Shown: one piece after another, positions 20,223 to 31,539 of the stretch
Layout: every line of letters begins with the position of its first letter
Position numbering within the stretch: position 1 is the first letter of the stretch
Assembly (NCBI GenBank): GCA_038245785.1
Contig: JBBRSB010000003.1
Location: 128,001 to 192,000, forward strand
DNA from: Gloeobacterales cyanobacterium
Lineage (GTDB): Bacteria > Cyanobacteriota > Cyanobacteriia > Gloeobacterales > PMM-0068
Direction of reading: 5' to 3'
DNA: 64,000 bases
The notes under the pieces: model-generated
Seen by the model: the letters and a program-made list of their open reading frames with translations, nothing else
Told to the model about the DNA's origin: nothing
Databases searched by the model: none
Position numbers and translations under genes: made by a program

Positions 20223-22121
20223 TTATTCTGTAAGCGGAAAAGAAACCTGTTTAGCCGAACTTGTAGGTTCTCTAAGCTGGATGAGGCTATCGTTCCGGCC
20301 TCGGGACGGGGCAGGTCGATCGGGGTCGATCAGCACATCTATAACAAAGGGTCCCGTCGCTGACATGGCCTGCGTGAGCGCCTGCTCCAAGTCACTTTCC
20401 TGATGAACCCGAATACCGTTCGCGCCCATACCTTGGGCAATCGCCACAAAATCAGTGTCTGGAATCATCGCATCAGCACCCTTGAGTCCAAGCATGGCCA
20501 TCCCTTGAACGCACATGTTGTAGCGAGCATCATTGAGAACAATCCAAACGGCTGGGACTTGATGCTTGACAGCGGTGCTAATTTCGTTGTTCATCAGCAT
20601 TGAGCCATCCCCTGTAATCACTACTGCCTTACGTTTAGCAGCTTGAGCGAGACCGACCACGCCTGTAACCATATGACCCATGGCGCCGAGCCCGGTACTG
20701 ACGCGATAGCGCCGTGGGTGAGAGAAGCGGAGTCGATGGGTCGCCCAAGTAAAGGAGTTGCCCGACTCCGCTAGCACAATCGCATTACTGCGGTCGATAA
20801 CGAGTCGCTGGATCACATCCATCAATACTTCTGGGCGGACTAAGGAGCTATGGGAGCCATTGCTGCTGGGCAGGGTGGCGACATGAGGACGGGGAAATGT
20901 CGGTGCTGGTTGGCTCGCTGGATCAGGGAAATGCTGCAGCAGCTCTGTCATAAACAAATTAATCTCAGCCTGGATTGGCAGGGTCGGGGCCAGCGGATAG
21001 GCCACCCCTGGCACATTGGGGTCAATATCGACATGCAGAAAGCCGCCCGACGGAACCATGGCGGCACTCCAAAAAGAGGTGGGCTCACCCAAGCGGGTAC
21101 CAAGAACAAGAATGTGCGCTGGAGGCTGTTCGCGCATGTAGGTCAGAACGGACTCATGCCCTCCCACTCCAGTCACGCCAACAAACTGAGGATGGTCTTC
21201 TGGGAAAATGCCTTTGCCACGCGGAGAACACATGACCGCCGCCCCAGTCCGTGCTGCCAGCTGGCGAATTGGTTCTGCGGCTAGCCGTGCACCAAAGCCG
21301 AGCCAGATAGCAAAGGGGGCAGAGGCTAAAATCTGCGCACAGTGGGCGATGGTTGACGCACTGGGTATGATTTGAAACTGATGAGGCTGAGCAGTCTCAA
21401 GGGTTGGGAAGGTTGGGACGTGAGCAGGGGAAACCAGACTCGACTGCACCCCGGTTGGAATGCTGATGTGCGCGACAAAACTTCCTGGTTGAGCCAGACC
21501 CAGTGCCAACCGGCGGGCAACTTGGGGCAACTCTTCTGGCGATTCTAAGGTCATGGCATAGTCAAAAAGCGCACCAGCGGTGAAGATGCCGCTATGAGGC
21601 ATGCTGTGAATACTGGTTTCCTGGATCGCACCTCGTCCTCGTTGAGCGGCTGAAGTACAGGCCGACAGGAGAATTACTTTTGCGCCTTCCCCCCGCGCCG
21701 CTAGCAATCCCGTAAGCGCATTGGTAATTCCTGGACCGGCTGTGGTGAATACGACCGTAGGTAAATCGCTGGCAAAATGGGCTTCGGTGGCAGCAAAGGC
21801 CGCACCCCCTTCATGGCGACAGTGAATGACAGAAATCTTTTGACTGTGAGAGAGGGAAAGCCAGAGAGAGGCGACGGCTCCCCCAGCGACCCCAAAGGCC
21901 GACTGAACACCCAAGTTCTCCAGCACGTTTACCAGTGCATTAGTGACTGTTAAAGGAGCAGCTAGCGGTGTGAAGCCAACTGCCATTTCGTCGGATTGAG
22001 ACTGATGACTGTTATCTCTTTCGGAAATAATGCGATCGGCCACTACGGATGGGACGGGCGCAGCAGCAATGTCAAGTCTGGGAACAGCTTCAGCGAATTT
22101 GTGAGATTTTTGAGTACTCAT
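20223..22121 (-). CDS. scyA: ThDP-dependent acyloin synthase ScyA
   Basis: CRHEGGAAF, TAGPGITN, ThDP motif GDGSMLMNNE...NDARYN; start set at MSTQK. Confidence 0.9.
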   Translation of the reverse strand: MSTQKSHKFAEAVPRLDIAAAPVPSVVADRIISERDNSHQSQSDEMAVGFTPLAAPLTVTNALVNVLENLGVQSAFGVAGGAVASLWLSLSHSQKISVIHCRHEGGAAFAATEAHFASDLPTVVFTTAGPGITNALTGLLAARGEGAKVILLSACTSAAQRGRGAIQETSIHSMPHSGIFTAGALFDYAMTLESPEELPQVARRLALGLAQPGSFVAHISIPTGVQSSLVSPAHVPTFPTLETAQPHQFQIIPSASTIAHCAQILASAPFAIWLGFGARLAAEPIRQLAARTGAAVMCSPRGKGIFPEDHPQFVGVTGVGGHESVLTYMREQPPAHILVLGTRLGEPTSFWSAAMVPSGGFLHVDIDPNVPGVAYPLAPTLPIQAEINLFMTELLQHFPDPASQPAPTFPRPHVATLPSSNGSHSSLVRPEVLMDVIQRLVIDRSNAIVLAESGNSFTWATHRLRFSHPRRYRVSTGLGAMGHMVTGVVGLAQAAKRKAVVITGDGSMLMNNEISTAVKHQVPAVWIVLNDARYNMCVQGMAMLGLKGADAMIPDTDFVAIAQGMGANGIRVHQESDLEQALTQAMSATGPFVIDVLIDPDRPAPSRGRNDSLIQLREPTSSAKQVSFPLTE

Positions 22122-22357
22122 CCTTGCTTTTCTCCTGATGAAATCTGGACTGCAATAAACTTTGAGAGGCACTAAAACAGCCAGTCTTTTAAACTTGATG
22201 AGTCAACAAAAATAGTCATCAAATACCGATAGAAATCAGTTTAAAACACATAAATAATGCATTGAGATTCACAGAGTGACTATGCAAAGCAAAACATTCT
22301 GTATCATCTTTTTTCATCTGTAGAGCTCAATCACAACTCAGTAACAGTAGCAATTGA

Positions 22358-22434
22358 AGTTTAATCAGACTTACAAAGCAGCACAAGGACATTTTTTTTG
22401 ACATCTCTAAAAAAATGTCCATTCTTTCGATAAG
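22358..22434 (-). promoter_or_regulatory. Putative scyA promoter with shared direct-repeat operator
   Basis: Minus strand: CTTATCGAAAGAATGGAC...ATGTCAAAAAAAATGTCC-TTGTGC-17 nt-TAAACT; near-identical architecture upstream of eboB. Confidence 0.6.
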
Positions 22435-22604
22435 GTCGCGCGTTATACAAGAGTTCCACGACACGAAAATCACCATCAATTTATATACTAAGATCTTGGC
22501 ATCAAAGCTTTTATACCCAAAGAGTGAAGACAATTTTTTCTCATGCTGAAGTAATTCACAAGCTAAGCTACTGCTCTACCATTGCGAATGAGAACCAACT
22601 GGAG

Positions 22605-22667
22605 ATACTAAAGAATAGACACTTACCCTATCGAGTTGGAAAAGCATCAAAAAATTTGTCCTTGCCC
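22605..22667 (+). promoter_or_regulatory. Putative trpE-operon operator / -35 with the same motif
   Basis: ATACTAAAGAATAGAC...GCATCAAAAAATTTGTCC-TTGCCC; -10 box unclear. Confidence 0.45.
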
Positions 22668-22845
22668 ATCAATAATTGCAAGTGCCAGTATTGAGACTCG
22701 TAAAGGCAATTGCTAGTAGCAACCCAAACGAACTGTTTACTTTATCGACTGGTTGCAGTGAAGCTTGAGCTGATGCACAACTTCCAGTTATTCACTCTAT
22801 CTAGCTAGCGACTCGATCACGAGAACAACCCCAAGGGAATTCTTA

Positions 22846-25086
22846 ATGAATTTTGACTTCCATCGCTATAAGACTTACGGAGGGATCCGCATATCGCGCT
22901 CCGTTTCCAAGGTCGATCAAGACACGGCAATTGACCACGTGCGGTCGCAGCTCAATGTCCAGCGGGGAGCCTTGCTGTCTAGCAGCTATGAGTATCCAGG
23001 ACGGTATAAGCGCTGGGCAATCGGTTTTATCAACCCGCCTCTGGAGCTGTCTACGCGCGGAAACACCTTTAAGCTGACGGCCCACAACGAGCGCGGGGCA
23101 TTACTGCTCCCTTTGTTGGCAGAGCGACTACAGGCGCAGGCGCAAATCCAGCACGTGCAGAGGGCGCAGTACACGATTGAAGGCGCGATTGTCCCTGTCA
23201 CAGAACCCTTTGCCGAAGAGGAACGCAGTCAGCAGCCATCCGCGTTCAGCGTCATTCGCGCGCTGCTGGATTTGTTCGCCAGTCCGGAAGATGAACACTT
23301 GGGGCTCTATGGTGCCTTTGGCTATGATTTGGTCTTTCAATTTGAACCGATTCAACAAGCGCTGCAACGTCCAGCGGATCAGCGCGACTTGGTACTGTAC
23401 CTACCCGATGAGCTAATCGTTGTCGACTACTACCTGCAGCAGACTTTACGCTACACCTATGATTTTGAGACTGCCCATGGCAGCACCTCTGGTTTGGCGC
23501 GCACGGGCGAGGTGATCGACTACCGAGGCACCAGTGTTATCGATCAGCAAAGCGTGCCCTCGACACCTTCGACACCCGTATCTGGAGCCTATGCTGCCCA
23601 AGTTGAAGAAGCCAAGAAGTATTTCTGTCGGGGCGACCTCTTCGAAGTCGTGCTCAGTCAACAATTCTCCACTGCTTGTCAAGCATCCCCCGTCCAACTC
23701 TTCCAGACGCTTCAGCAAATCAACCCCAGCCCCTATGGTTTTCTACTCAACCTCGGCGGTGAGTATCTGATTGGAGCCTCGCCTGAGATGTTTGTGCGCG
23801 TGGAAGGCAAGCGCGTGGAGACCTGCCCGATTAGCGGCACGATTCTGCGCGGGCAAGACGCCATGGGAGATGCCGAGCAAATTCGTCAGCTGCTCAACTC
23901 CTATAAGGACGAGACGGAACTAACGATGTGTACGGATGTCGACCGCAACGACAAATCGCGCGTCTGTATTCCTGGCAGCGTGAAGGTGATTGGTCGTCGT
24001 CAAATTGAGCTATACAGCCATGTGATTCACACGGTCGATCATGTGGAAGGCATTCTGCGACCGGAATTTGATGCCCTGGATGCTTTTTTGTCCCATACCT
24101 GGGCCGTCACGGTCACAGGTGCTCCGAAGCGGGCGGCGATGCAGTTTATCGAACGTCATGAAGACAGTGCGCGGCGATGGTATGGCGGTGCCGTCGGACG
24201 CCTTACGTTTAATGGCGATATGAATACGGGCTTAACGCTGCGCACCATCCGCTTTCAGAATGCGGTCGCAGAAGTTCGGGTCGGTGCTACTCTACTCTAC
24301 GATTCCGTTCCCGAGGATGAAGCGCAAGAGACCTTGACCAAGGCAGCAGCTTTATTTGAGACCTTGAATAAAGCTGCCACCGGGGCTTTCGTTCCGCCAA
24401 AAGTCCGTCGAGGCGTTCCCATCGCAAGCAGTGAGGCGCAAGCCAGAGCCAGTTCAGGCAAGCGCGTTCTTTTGATTGACTACGAGGATTCTTTTGTCCA
24501 TACCCTGGCGAATTACATCCGCCAAACCGGGGCGACGGTCACTACTTTACGTCATGGTTTCTCCGTAGAGACCTTTGAGCGTGAACGTCCCGATCTAGTT
24601 GTGCTCTCTCCAGGACCGGGCAGACCGAACGACTTTCATGTTCCGCAAACGGTCCGAGATTGCATCCAGCGGCAAATCCCTCTATTTGGCGTGTGCCTAG
24701 GTCTGCAGGGAATTGTCGAAGCCTTGGGTGGAACGCTGGGCGTTCTGAACCCACCGCAGCACGGCAAGTCCTCTGAATTAAGGGTTACGGACCAAGAGTC
24801 TGCCCTGTTCCAAGGATTGCCTGAAGTATTTCCAATCGGGCGCTACCACTCGCTCTATGCCCTGCCTGAGCGGCTCCCTGGGGATCTTAAGGTCACGGCG
24901 CTATCTCAGGACAACGTAATCATGGCCGTTGAGCATCGTCATCTACCAATTGCGGCAGTGCAGTTCCATCCTGAATCGATCATGACTTTAGCCGGAGATG
25001 TGGGTTTGGCCATTATCCAGAACGTGCTCCAGACCTATGCCACAGCGTCTACGACCATAGAGGCAAGGCCAACTCCTGTGCGCTGA
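22846..25086 (+). CDS. trpE: Anthranilate synthase, fused TrpE-TrpG
   Basis: SSYEYPGRY, PISGT, MCTDVDRNDK, TGAPK; GATase SPGPGRP, GVCLG, QFHPES. Confidence 0.93.
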   Translation: MNFDFHRYKTYGGIRISRSVSKVDQDTAIDHVRSQLNVQRGALLSSSYEYPGRYKRWAIGFINPPLELSTRGNTFKLTAHNERGALLLPLLAERLQAQAQIQHVQRAQYTIEGAIVPVTEPFAEEERSQQPSAFSVIRALLDLFASPEDEHLGLYGAFGYDLVFQFEPIQQALQRPADQRDLVLYLPDELIVVDYYLQQTLRYTYDFETAHGSTSGLARTGEVIDYRGTSVIDQQSVPSTPSTPVSGAYAAQVEEAKKYFCRGDLFEVVLSQQFSTACQASPVQLFQTLQQINPSPYGFLLNLGGEYLIGASPEMFVRVEGKRVETCPISGTILRGQDAMGDAEQIRQLLNSYKDETELTMCTDVDRNDKSRVCIPGSVKVIGRRQIELYSHVIHTVDHVEGILRPEFDALDAFLSHTWAVTVTGAPKRAAMQFIERHEDSARRWYGGAVGRLTFNGDMNTGLTLRTIRFQNAVAEVRVGATLLYDSVPEDEAQETLTKAAALFETLNKAATGAFVPPKVRRGVPIASSEAQARASSGKRVLLIDYEDSFVHTLANYIRQTGATVTTLRHGFSVETFERERPDLVVLSPGPGRPNDFHVPQTVRDCIQRQIPLFGVCLGLQGIVEALGGTLGVLNPPQHGKSSELRVTDQESALFQGLPEVFPIGRYHSLYALPERLPGDLKVTALSQDNVIMAVEHRHLPIAAVQFHPESIMTLAGDVGLAIIQNVLQTYATASTTIEARPTPVR

Positions 25087-25174
25087 GTTTAATAAGTCCT
25101 CTGTCTCTGAAAGAAAGAGCGCTCTAATCTTCTTCCCGTCATCCTCCTTCCTCTCTCCTTGCTGAGGTGCAGCC

Positions 25175-26026
25175 ATGCCCATTCCTTCCATGCCTACAAC
25201 CAGCGCAGCGCCCCAGATCCTGAAAACCATCGTGCGCCATAAACGAGAGGAGGTTCAGCAACAGCAGGCTCAACTTCCTCTCGTTCAGCTGCAGCAAGTA
25301 AGCAGTACGCCCAGAGGCAAAATCAGCTTTCTCAACGCGCTGCAAAACAGCCAGCGTTCGCCCAGCTTGATTGCTGAGGTTAAAAAAGCATCCCCTAGTA
25401 AAGGCTTAATTCGTGACGATTTTGATCCCGTAGCCATCGCTCAGGCCTATGAGCGCGCCGGGGCTGCCTGCATTTCGGTCCTGACCGATCAGCAGTTCTT
25501 TCAGGGTAGCTTTGACGATTTGCAGGCGGTGCGTCAGCAGGTGTCTCTGCCGCTGCTATGCAAAGAGTTTGTAGTGGATGCTTATCAGATTTACAAAGCG
25601 CGAGCAGCAGGAGCCGATGCGGTGCTGCTGATTGCAGCCGTCTTGTCGGACCAAGAACTGCGAGACTTCCTGCGGCTGGCTCATGACTTGGGTATGGAAG
25701 CGTTGGTGGAGGTACATACCCTGGCAGAGCTTGAGCGGGTTATTCCCCTGCCAGAAATAGCTTTAATCGGTATCAACAACCGCAATCTGAACGATTTTAC
25801 GGTTGACCTGGGTACCACCCGGCAGTTGATGACTGCCTACCGCCAGCAATTCAGCGATCTGGGGATCGTCACGGTCAGCGAGTCGGGATTGCATACGGTT
25901 GCCGACCTCGCCTTCGTCACGGCTATGGGTGTCCGGGCCGTGCTCATCGGTGAAGCGCTGCTCAAACAACCCGACGTAGAGCGAGCTATCCGCAACTTGT
26001 TCTATACCCAACTTGATAACGGTTAA
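25175..26026 (+). CDS. trpC: Indole-3-glycerol phosphate synthase
   Basis: [29 protein letters not shown]. Confidence 0.95.
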   Translation: MPIPSMPTTSAAPQILKTIVRHKREEVQQQQAQLPLVQLQQVSSTPRGKISFLNALQNSQRSPSLIAEVKKASPSKGLIRDDFDPVAIAQAYERAGAACISVLTDQQFFQGSFDDLQAVRQQVSLPLLCKEFVVDAYQIYKARAAGADAVLLIAAVLSDQELRDFLRLAHDLGMEALVEVHTLAELERVIPLPEIALIGINNRNLNDFTVDLGTTRQLMTAYRQQFSDLGIVTVSESGLHTVADLAFVTAMGVRAVLIGEALLKQPDVERAIRNLFYTQLDNG

Positions 26027-26045
26027 CCCTTACGGTCTCACTTCT

Positions 26046-26891
26046 ATGACAACCACCACAGCGCACTCCCTAACCATTACTCAAGGATTCCAGGCACTCC
26101 GTGAGCGCCAGCACTGCGCCCTGATTCCGTTTATTACGGCAGGAGATCCTGATCTGGCAACAACGGCGGCGGCTCTGCAAATCCTCGATCGCAACGGGGC
26201 TGACTTTATTGAACTAGGGGTCCCTTATTCTGATCCTTTGGCCGACGGTCCCGTGATTCAAGCGGCGGCTACGCGGGCGCTACAGCGAGGCACCCGTCTA
26301 GAGTCTGTGCTCGGGATGCTCAAGTCCATTGGCCCCCGGTTAAAAGCGCCGATTATTCTCTTCACCTACTACAACCCAATCTTGAATTGCGGTGTTGCAA
26401 CATTTCTGCAGAGAATCGCTGAGGTAGGCGTGAAAGGATTGGTGGTGCCTGATTTACCGATTGAGGAGGCCGCCGAACTGCTGAGGCTGGCAACTGATTT
26501 GGGTATTGAAGTCATTCTGCTTGTGGCACCCAACAGCTCAAAAGAGCGCATTACTACGATTGCGCAGCAGTCTCAGGGCTTTATCTATCTCGTCAGCGTG
26601 ACGGGGGTGACGGGAACACGCTCAAGCATCGAATCTCGTGTAGAAACGCTACTGCAAAATCTGCGGAGCATTACCGATAAGCCGATTGGGGTAGGCTTTG
26701 GAATTTCCAGCCCAGACCAGGCACGTCAGGCGCGCGTCTGGGGAGCAGATGCCGTGATTGTGGGCAGTGCCTTCGTCAAGCACCTGGCGTCAGACTCTCC
26801 AACGGAAGGATTGCAGGCTATAGCCACGCTCTGTCGTGATTTGAAAGCGGCCATCGGTAATGAGAGCGCCAAGAGTCTATCGAAAACATAA
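26046..26891 (+). CDS. trpA: Tryptophan synthase alpha subunit
   Basis: [28 protein letters not shown]. Confidence 0.95.
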   Translation: MTTTTAHSLTITQGFQALRERQHCALIPFITAGDPDLATTAAALQILDRNGADFIELGVPYSDPLADGPVIQAAATRALQRGTRLESVLGMLKSIGPRLKAPIILFTYYNPILNCGVATFLQRIAEVGVKGLVVPDLPIEEAAELLRLATDLGIEVILLVAPNSSKERITTIAQQSQGFIYLVSVTGVTGTRSSIESRVETLLQNLRSITDKPIGVGFGISSPDQARQARVWGADAVIVGSAFVKHLASDSPTEGLQAIATLCRDLKAAIGNESAKSLSKT

Positions 26892-26917
26892 ATGACCCAA
26901 TTCGGGAGGATCTTACC

Positions 26918-28159
26918 TTGACCAGTATTCTAACTAACAGTACGCACCCAACCGCTCAGACTCAACGTCCTGATGCCCTCGGTCGATTCGGACCGTTTGG
27001 CGGCAAATACGTCCCAGAGACGCTGATGCCTGCCCTGGCCGAACTTGAAGACGCCGTTCAGCAATGCCGCGCCGACGCTACTTTTCAAGCAGAACTGCAT
27101 CAGCTTCTACATGACTATGTGGGCCGACCCAGCCCGCTCTATTTTGCCGAACGCCTAACGGCGCACTACGCCCGCCCTGATGGCACAGGCCCGCAAATCT
27201 ATCTCAAACGAGAGGACCTAAATCATACGGGGGCGCACAAAATTAATAACGCCGTCGCCCAAGCGCTGCTGGCAAAGCGGATGGGAAAACAGCGCGTCAT
27301 TGCTGAAACGGGAGCAGGCCAACATGGGGTTGCAACGGCAACCGCCTGTGCTCGTTTTGGACTCAGCTGCGTGATTTACATGGGCATCCACGACATGAAG
27401 CGACAGGAGCTGAACGTGTTTCGGATGCGCTTGCTCGGGGCGGAAGTACGACCTGTTGAGGCCGGTACCGGTACGCTCAAGGATGCAACCTCCGAAGCGA
27501 TCCGCGATTGGGTCACAAACGTGGAAACGACTCACTATATCCTCGGGTCGGTAGCAGGGCCTCATCCTTACCCGATGATTGTGCGTGACTTTCATGCCGT
27601 GATTGGGAAAGAAACCCGTGTTCAATGCCAGGAGCATTGGGGAGGACTGCCGGATATTCTGCTGGCCTGCGTCGGCGGCGGCTCAAATGCGATCGGCCTG
27701 TTTCATGAGTTCATCGACGAACCGACCGTGCGGCTGATCGGGGTAGAAGCAGCGGGAGAGGGCATCGACACGCAGAAGCACGCTGCCACCTTGACCCTGG
27801 GACGCGTCGGCGTACTGCACGGAGCGATGAGCTACCTGCTGCAAGATGAAGACGGTCAAATCATCGAACCCCATTCAATTAGCGCTGGACTCGACTATCC
27901 CGGTGTCGGGCCAGAGCATAGCTATCTCAAGGACGCACGCCGCGCCGAATATTACAGCGTTACGGATACTCAGGCACTCGCTGCTTTCCAGCAGCTTGCG
28001 CAACTTGAAGGCATCATTCCAGCGTTAGAAACTGCCCATGCCGTCGCCTATTTGGAAACGCTCTGCCCTCAGATGAGAGACAGTCCTCGGATTGTGCTCA
28101 ACTGCTCTGGGCGAGGCGATAAGGATGTGCAAACCGTGATTAACACGCTGGATCTCTAA
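26918..28159 (+). CDS. trpB: Tryptophan synthase beta subunit
   Basis: [38 protein letters not shown]. Confidence 0.97.
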   Translation: MTSILTNSTHPTAQTQRPDALGRFGPFGGKYVPETLMPALAELEDAVQQCRADATFQAELHQLLHDYVGRPSPLYFAERLTAHYARPDGTGPQIYLKREDLNHTGAHKINNAVAQALLAKRMGKQRVIAETGAGQHGVATATACARFGLSCVIYMGIHDMKRQELNVFRMRLLGAEVRPVEAGTGTLKDATSEAIRDWVTNVETTHYILGSVAGPHPYPMIVRDFHAVIGKETRVQCQEHWGGLPDILLACVGGGSNAIGLFHEFIDEPTVRLIGVEAAGEGIDTQKHAATLTLGRVGVLHGAMSYLLQDEDGQIIEPHSISAGLDYPGVGPEHSYLKDARRAEYYSVTDTQALAAFQQLAQLEGIIPALETAHAVAYLETLCPQMRDSPRIVLNCSGRGDKDVQTVINTLDL

Positions 28160-28160
28160 A

Positions 28161-28276
28161 GCCCCCCGGCCCCCCAATTCTGGGGGGAGAAGCATCCTTC
28201 GCTTCAGACCCTATTTTCAATTCTTCGAACGGCCAACGGCATACAAAGCCCCCCAATTCTGGGGGATTTGGGGGGC
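28161..28276. repeat. Pair of small dispersed palindromic repeats between trpB and aroG
   Basis: CCCCCCAATTCTGGGGGG near 28170 and AAAGCCCCCCAATTCTGGGGGATTTGGGGGGC at 28245-28276. Confidence 0.7.
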
Positions 28277-28326
28277 AAGCATCTCCATATGCTCCAAAAT
28301 CAACAACCTAACAGAGGATAAAAGTC

Positions 28327-29391
28327 ATGATCATAGTCGTAAAGACAGGGGCACCAGAGGCTGAAATTACCCGTATTGGAAAAGACCTGTACCGTGAGTA
28401 TGGCGTTACTTCTGAAAAGCTCGCTGGACAGAGCAAGGTCGTCATTGGCCTGATTGGTGAAACAGCTACGCTCAATCGTCAGCAAATACAGGCCATCAGT
28501 CCCTGGATTGAGCAAGTTTTACGGATCGAGCAACCATTCAAGCGCGTAAGCCGAGAATATCGACAGGGCATAGCGAGTGAAGTCGTGGTTTCTACGCCAA
28601 ATGGCCCCGTTGCTTTCGGAGAGCAGCATCCACTGGTGCTAACCGCTGGCCCTTGCTCCGTTGAAAACGAGGCGATGATTGTAGAAACGGCAAAGCGTGT
28701 CAAAGCGGCAGGGGCACAATTTTTGCGTGGTGGAGCCTTTAAGCCTCGCTCATCACCCTACGCCTTCCAAGGCCATGGCGAAAGTGCTTTAGAATTGCTG
28801 GCGGCAGCCCGTAGCGCTACCGGGCTGGGAATTATCACCGAACTGATGGACGCTGCGGATCTGGAACAGGTGGCAGCCGTGGCTGATGTGATCCAAATCG
28901 GTGCCCGCAATATGCAAAATTTCTCGCTGCTCAAGAAGGTGGGTGCTCAAGATAAGCCTGTGCTGCTCAAGCGTGGTCCATCGGCCAACATTGATGAGTG
29001 GCTCCTAGCAGCGGAGTATCTGCTCGCTGCCGGAAATCCGAATGTGATTCTCTGTGAGCGCGGCATTCGCACGTTTGATTCTAAATACGCACGCAATACT
29101 TTAGATTTATCAGTTATTCCCGTGCTCAGGCTGTTGACCCATCTGCCGATCATGATTGATCCGAGTCATGGCACAGGGCGCTCCCAGTATGTCCCGGCGA
29201 TGGCGATGGCAGCCATCGCTGCTGGTACCGATGCTTTGATGATCGAAGTCCATCCCGACCCCGCAAAAGCGCTCTCCGATGGCCCACAGTCGCTGACTCC
29301 TCAGCAATTTGATGAGCTCACCGTACAAATGGCGGTGATTAGCAAAGCTGTGGGGCGCTGGTCACAGCCTGCTGTTGCCGCAATCGCCTAA
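28327..29391 (+). CDS. aroG: DAHP synthase (class I-beta with N-terminal regulatory domain)
   Basis: AGPCSVE, RGGAFKPRSSPY, IGARNMQN, DPSHGTG, EVHP. Confidence 0.92.
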   Translation: MIIVVKTGAPEAEITRIGKDLYREYGVTSEKLAGQSKVVIGLIGETATLNRQQIQAISPWIEQVLRIEQPFKRVSREYRQGIASEVVVSTPNGPVAFGEQHPLVLTAGPCSVENEAMIVETAKRVKAAGAQFLRGGAFKPRSSPYAFQGHGESALELLAAARSATGLGIITELMDAADLEQVAAVADVIQIGARNMQNFSLLKKVGAQDKPVLLKRGPSANIDEWLLAAEYLLAAGNPNVILCERGIRTFDSKYARNTLDLSVIPVLRLLTHLPIMIDPSHGTGRSQYVPAMAMAAIAAGTDALMIEVHPDPAKALSDGPQSLTPQQFDELTVQMAVISKAVGRWSQPAVAAIA

Positions 29392-29422
29392 TCTGCCATC
29401 TGTTTCACAGGAGCGCACAAGG

Positions 29423-30526
29423 ATGAAGACCCTGCAACAGCTTGACCATGACTTGATTCAATTACTGAATCAGCGAGCTGCCCTTCTAGGAAAAGCGTAT
29501 GATTCCAGTTTGCCTGCTGAAACCTCTCAACACTTGGCCCAGACGGGTTTACCGGAGTTTGTCTGGGAAAGTCTCGCCACCTGTTGCGCAGCAGCAACAA
29601 CAGTGGCCCCAGCCGCATTGAGTTCTCCTAAGCAGATCACTATCATTGGCGGTGCGGGACAGATGGGCCGCTTTTTTACTCGGCAGTTTGCTGCCGCTGG
29701 TCATAGCGTCCGGCAACTAAGGCGACATGACTGGGAGAAGGCCGATCAGTACTTGAGTGATGCAGACTTAGTCCTTGTCTCTGTGCCGATGCAACAAACA
29801 GTAGAAGTAATTCAGCGGGCGTCACCCTACCTATCGCCAACATCGGCCATTGCAGATGTCAACAGCCTCAAAGCGCCCGTTGTCAAAGCGATGTTAGAAC
29901 ATCACCCTGGCCCGGTGCTCGGAATGCATCCAATGTTTGGGCCAGGGCTATCATCGTTCCTCGCGCAGAATGTGGTGGTTTGCCCAGGGCGGGACCTGAG
30001 AGCCTTCAAATGGCTACTGGATTTAATCCGCAGTCAAGGAGGAAAACTGCTGGTCTGCGCGCCAGAAGAACACGACCGGATGATGGTGACGGTTCAGGCT
30101 ATCCGCCATTTCTCTGCCTTTGGCCTGGGAGTCTTCCTCGCAGAAGCGGGCATCGACCTTGACCGGAGCTTGGACTTTTCCAGTGCTCCCTATCGCCTAC
30201 AGCTCAATTTAGTCAGTCGGTTATTCGCTCAGGATGCCGCGTTGCCTCTAGATCTGATGCTGAGTTCACCAGATCATCGTCAAGCTATTTGCACCTTAGC
30301 AGACACCTACAGCCGCCTCGCCCAGTTGATTGTACAAGAGGATCAAGCCACCCTGGAGCAAGCGTTTGAGTCCACTAAACAGGTTTTTCAAATGCACGTT
30401 CCTCAAGCCCACCAGGAAAGCCAACATATCGTTCAAAGCCTAAGCGTACACTTGGCAGCCAACAGCAAAATGCCCCTTGCATTGCCTAAAGCGGGTGAAG
30501 GGCCGAGGGCTAAGCTTCTCAGATAA
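29423..30526 (+). CDS. tyrA: Prephenate dehydrogenase TyrA with chorismate-mutase-like N-terminus
   Basis: LQQLDHDLIQLLNQRA, IIGGAGQMG, MHPMFGP, EHDRMM..VQAIRHF. Confidence 0.88.
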   Translation: MKTLQQLDHDLIQLLNQRAALLGKAYDSSLPAETSQHLAQTGLPEFVWESLATCCAAATTVAPAALSSPKQITIIGGAGQMGRFFTRQFAAAGHSVRQLRRHDWEKADQYLSDADLVLVSVPMQQTVEVIQRASPYLSPTSAIADVNSLKAPVVKAMLEHHPGPVLGMHPMFGPGLSSFLAQNVVVCPGRDLRAFKWLLDLIRSQGGKLLVCAPEEHDRMMVTVQAIRHFSAFGLGVFLAEAGIDLDRSLDFSSAPYRLQLNLVSRLFAQDAALPLDLMLSSPDHRQAICTLADTYSRLAQLIVQEDQATLEQAFESTKQVFQMHVPQAHQESQHIVQSLSVHLAANSKMPLALPKAGEGPRAKLLR

Positions 30527-30532
30527 ACAGGC

Positions 30533-30661
30533 ATGGGCAGCACTTTTGGACATTTGTTTCGGGTATCTACCTTTGGAAAGTCTCACGGCGACGAGGTGGG
30601 GGCGATTGTCGAAGGCTGTCCACCCTGTAGACGAACTCTTCAATTTGCGACCAAGAGCTGA
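30533..30661 (+). pseudogene. aroC: Chorismate synthase 5' stub
   Basis: [31 protein letters not shown] matches the AroC N-terminus (TFGESHG...GCPP); similarity ends near 30625 where it meets the convergent regulator gene. Confidence 0.85.
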
Positions 30662-31437
30662 TGTTCCTTGCGCCAAACTTGAGGAGGAATGCCATGGTAC
30701 TGGAGGAACTGCCGGAAGAAGTGGCGGGAATTGACGTACCCGACCGTTCGTGCTACTTGTTCGACGGACTGATCACTATTCTCAAGGATTTGGCGTGCCT
30801 CGGCCATGCGTCGCTCAATAATCCAACGAGCAACCGTGCGTCCTGTTTGCCTGCCTACCAGTGTTGTCAGATAAGCAGGCGAATAGCCAGCAGCCTGAGC
30901 CACATCAGATAGCGTAATGGGCAAATGGTAATTTGCCTCAATAAAGTCGAAGACTGCCTGGAGTTGCGTACTCGTGGGAAAGAGTGACTTGGAAGTTCCT
31001 GACGCTGTAAGGACGCTCACAGCCTGTTTTCCTAAGCCCATTTCACTAACTTGAATATCTTGACGAGCGACTTGTTTTTTCAATTGAGCCGAGATTGCTT
31101 CCAGCAATTGAGCGACGGTTAAGGGTTTGATTAGATAGCTGTCTTTGTCCACATCCATGTCTGGCAGAAACTTTGGACCAATTACACCACTGGTGATGAA
31201 TATAAATGGAATAGTGGCTGTCGCCGGAAGCTTGCGCAGCCTAGTCAATACATCATGCCCATCTAGCTCTGGCATCCAGGTATTGCAGATGATTACATCG
31301 GGTAAACGCCGTTGCGCTTGATGGATACCGATAGCACCATTTTCCGCCCCAATCGCGTGAAAACCCTCGGTCTTTAAACAGACGGTGAAAAGATTTCGCG
31401 TACATTCATCGGCTTCTATGACTAAAACTTTTTTCAT
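30640..31437 (-). CDS. AraC-family response regulator (atypical receiver), scytonemin-cluster type
   Basis: Receiver fold (KKVLVIE, PDVIICN, MPELDG, YLIKP) plus AraC HTH ([25 protein letters not shown]). Confidence 0.88.
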   Translation of the reverse strand: MKKVLVIEADECTRNLFTVCLKTEGFHAIGAENGAIGIHQAQRRLPDVIICNTWMPELDGHDVLTRLRKLPATATIPFIFITSGVIGPKFLPDMDVDKDSYLIKPLTVAQLLEAISAQLKKQVARQDIQVSEMGLGKQAVSVLTASGTSKSLFPTSTQLQAVFDFIEANYHLPITLSDVAQAAGYSPAYLTTLVGRQTGRTVARWIIERRMAEARQILENSDQSVEQVARTVGYVNSRHFFRQFLQYHGIPPQVWRKEHQLLVAN

Positions 31438-31539
31438 ATGCTTCCTGTTGCGAGGATTAAAAATTCACTACAAGCATTTGAAATGTTGGGCATGATTGGC
31501 AGCAGCTAACATGCCAATCCCGTTGTCTAAAATCCAATT

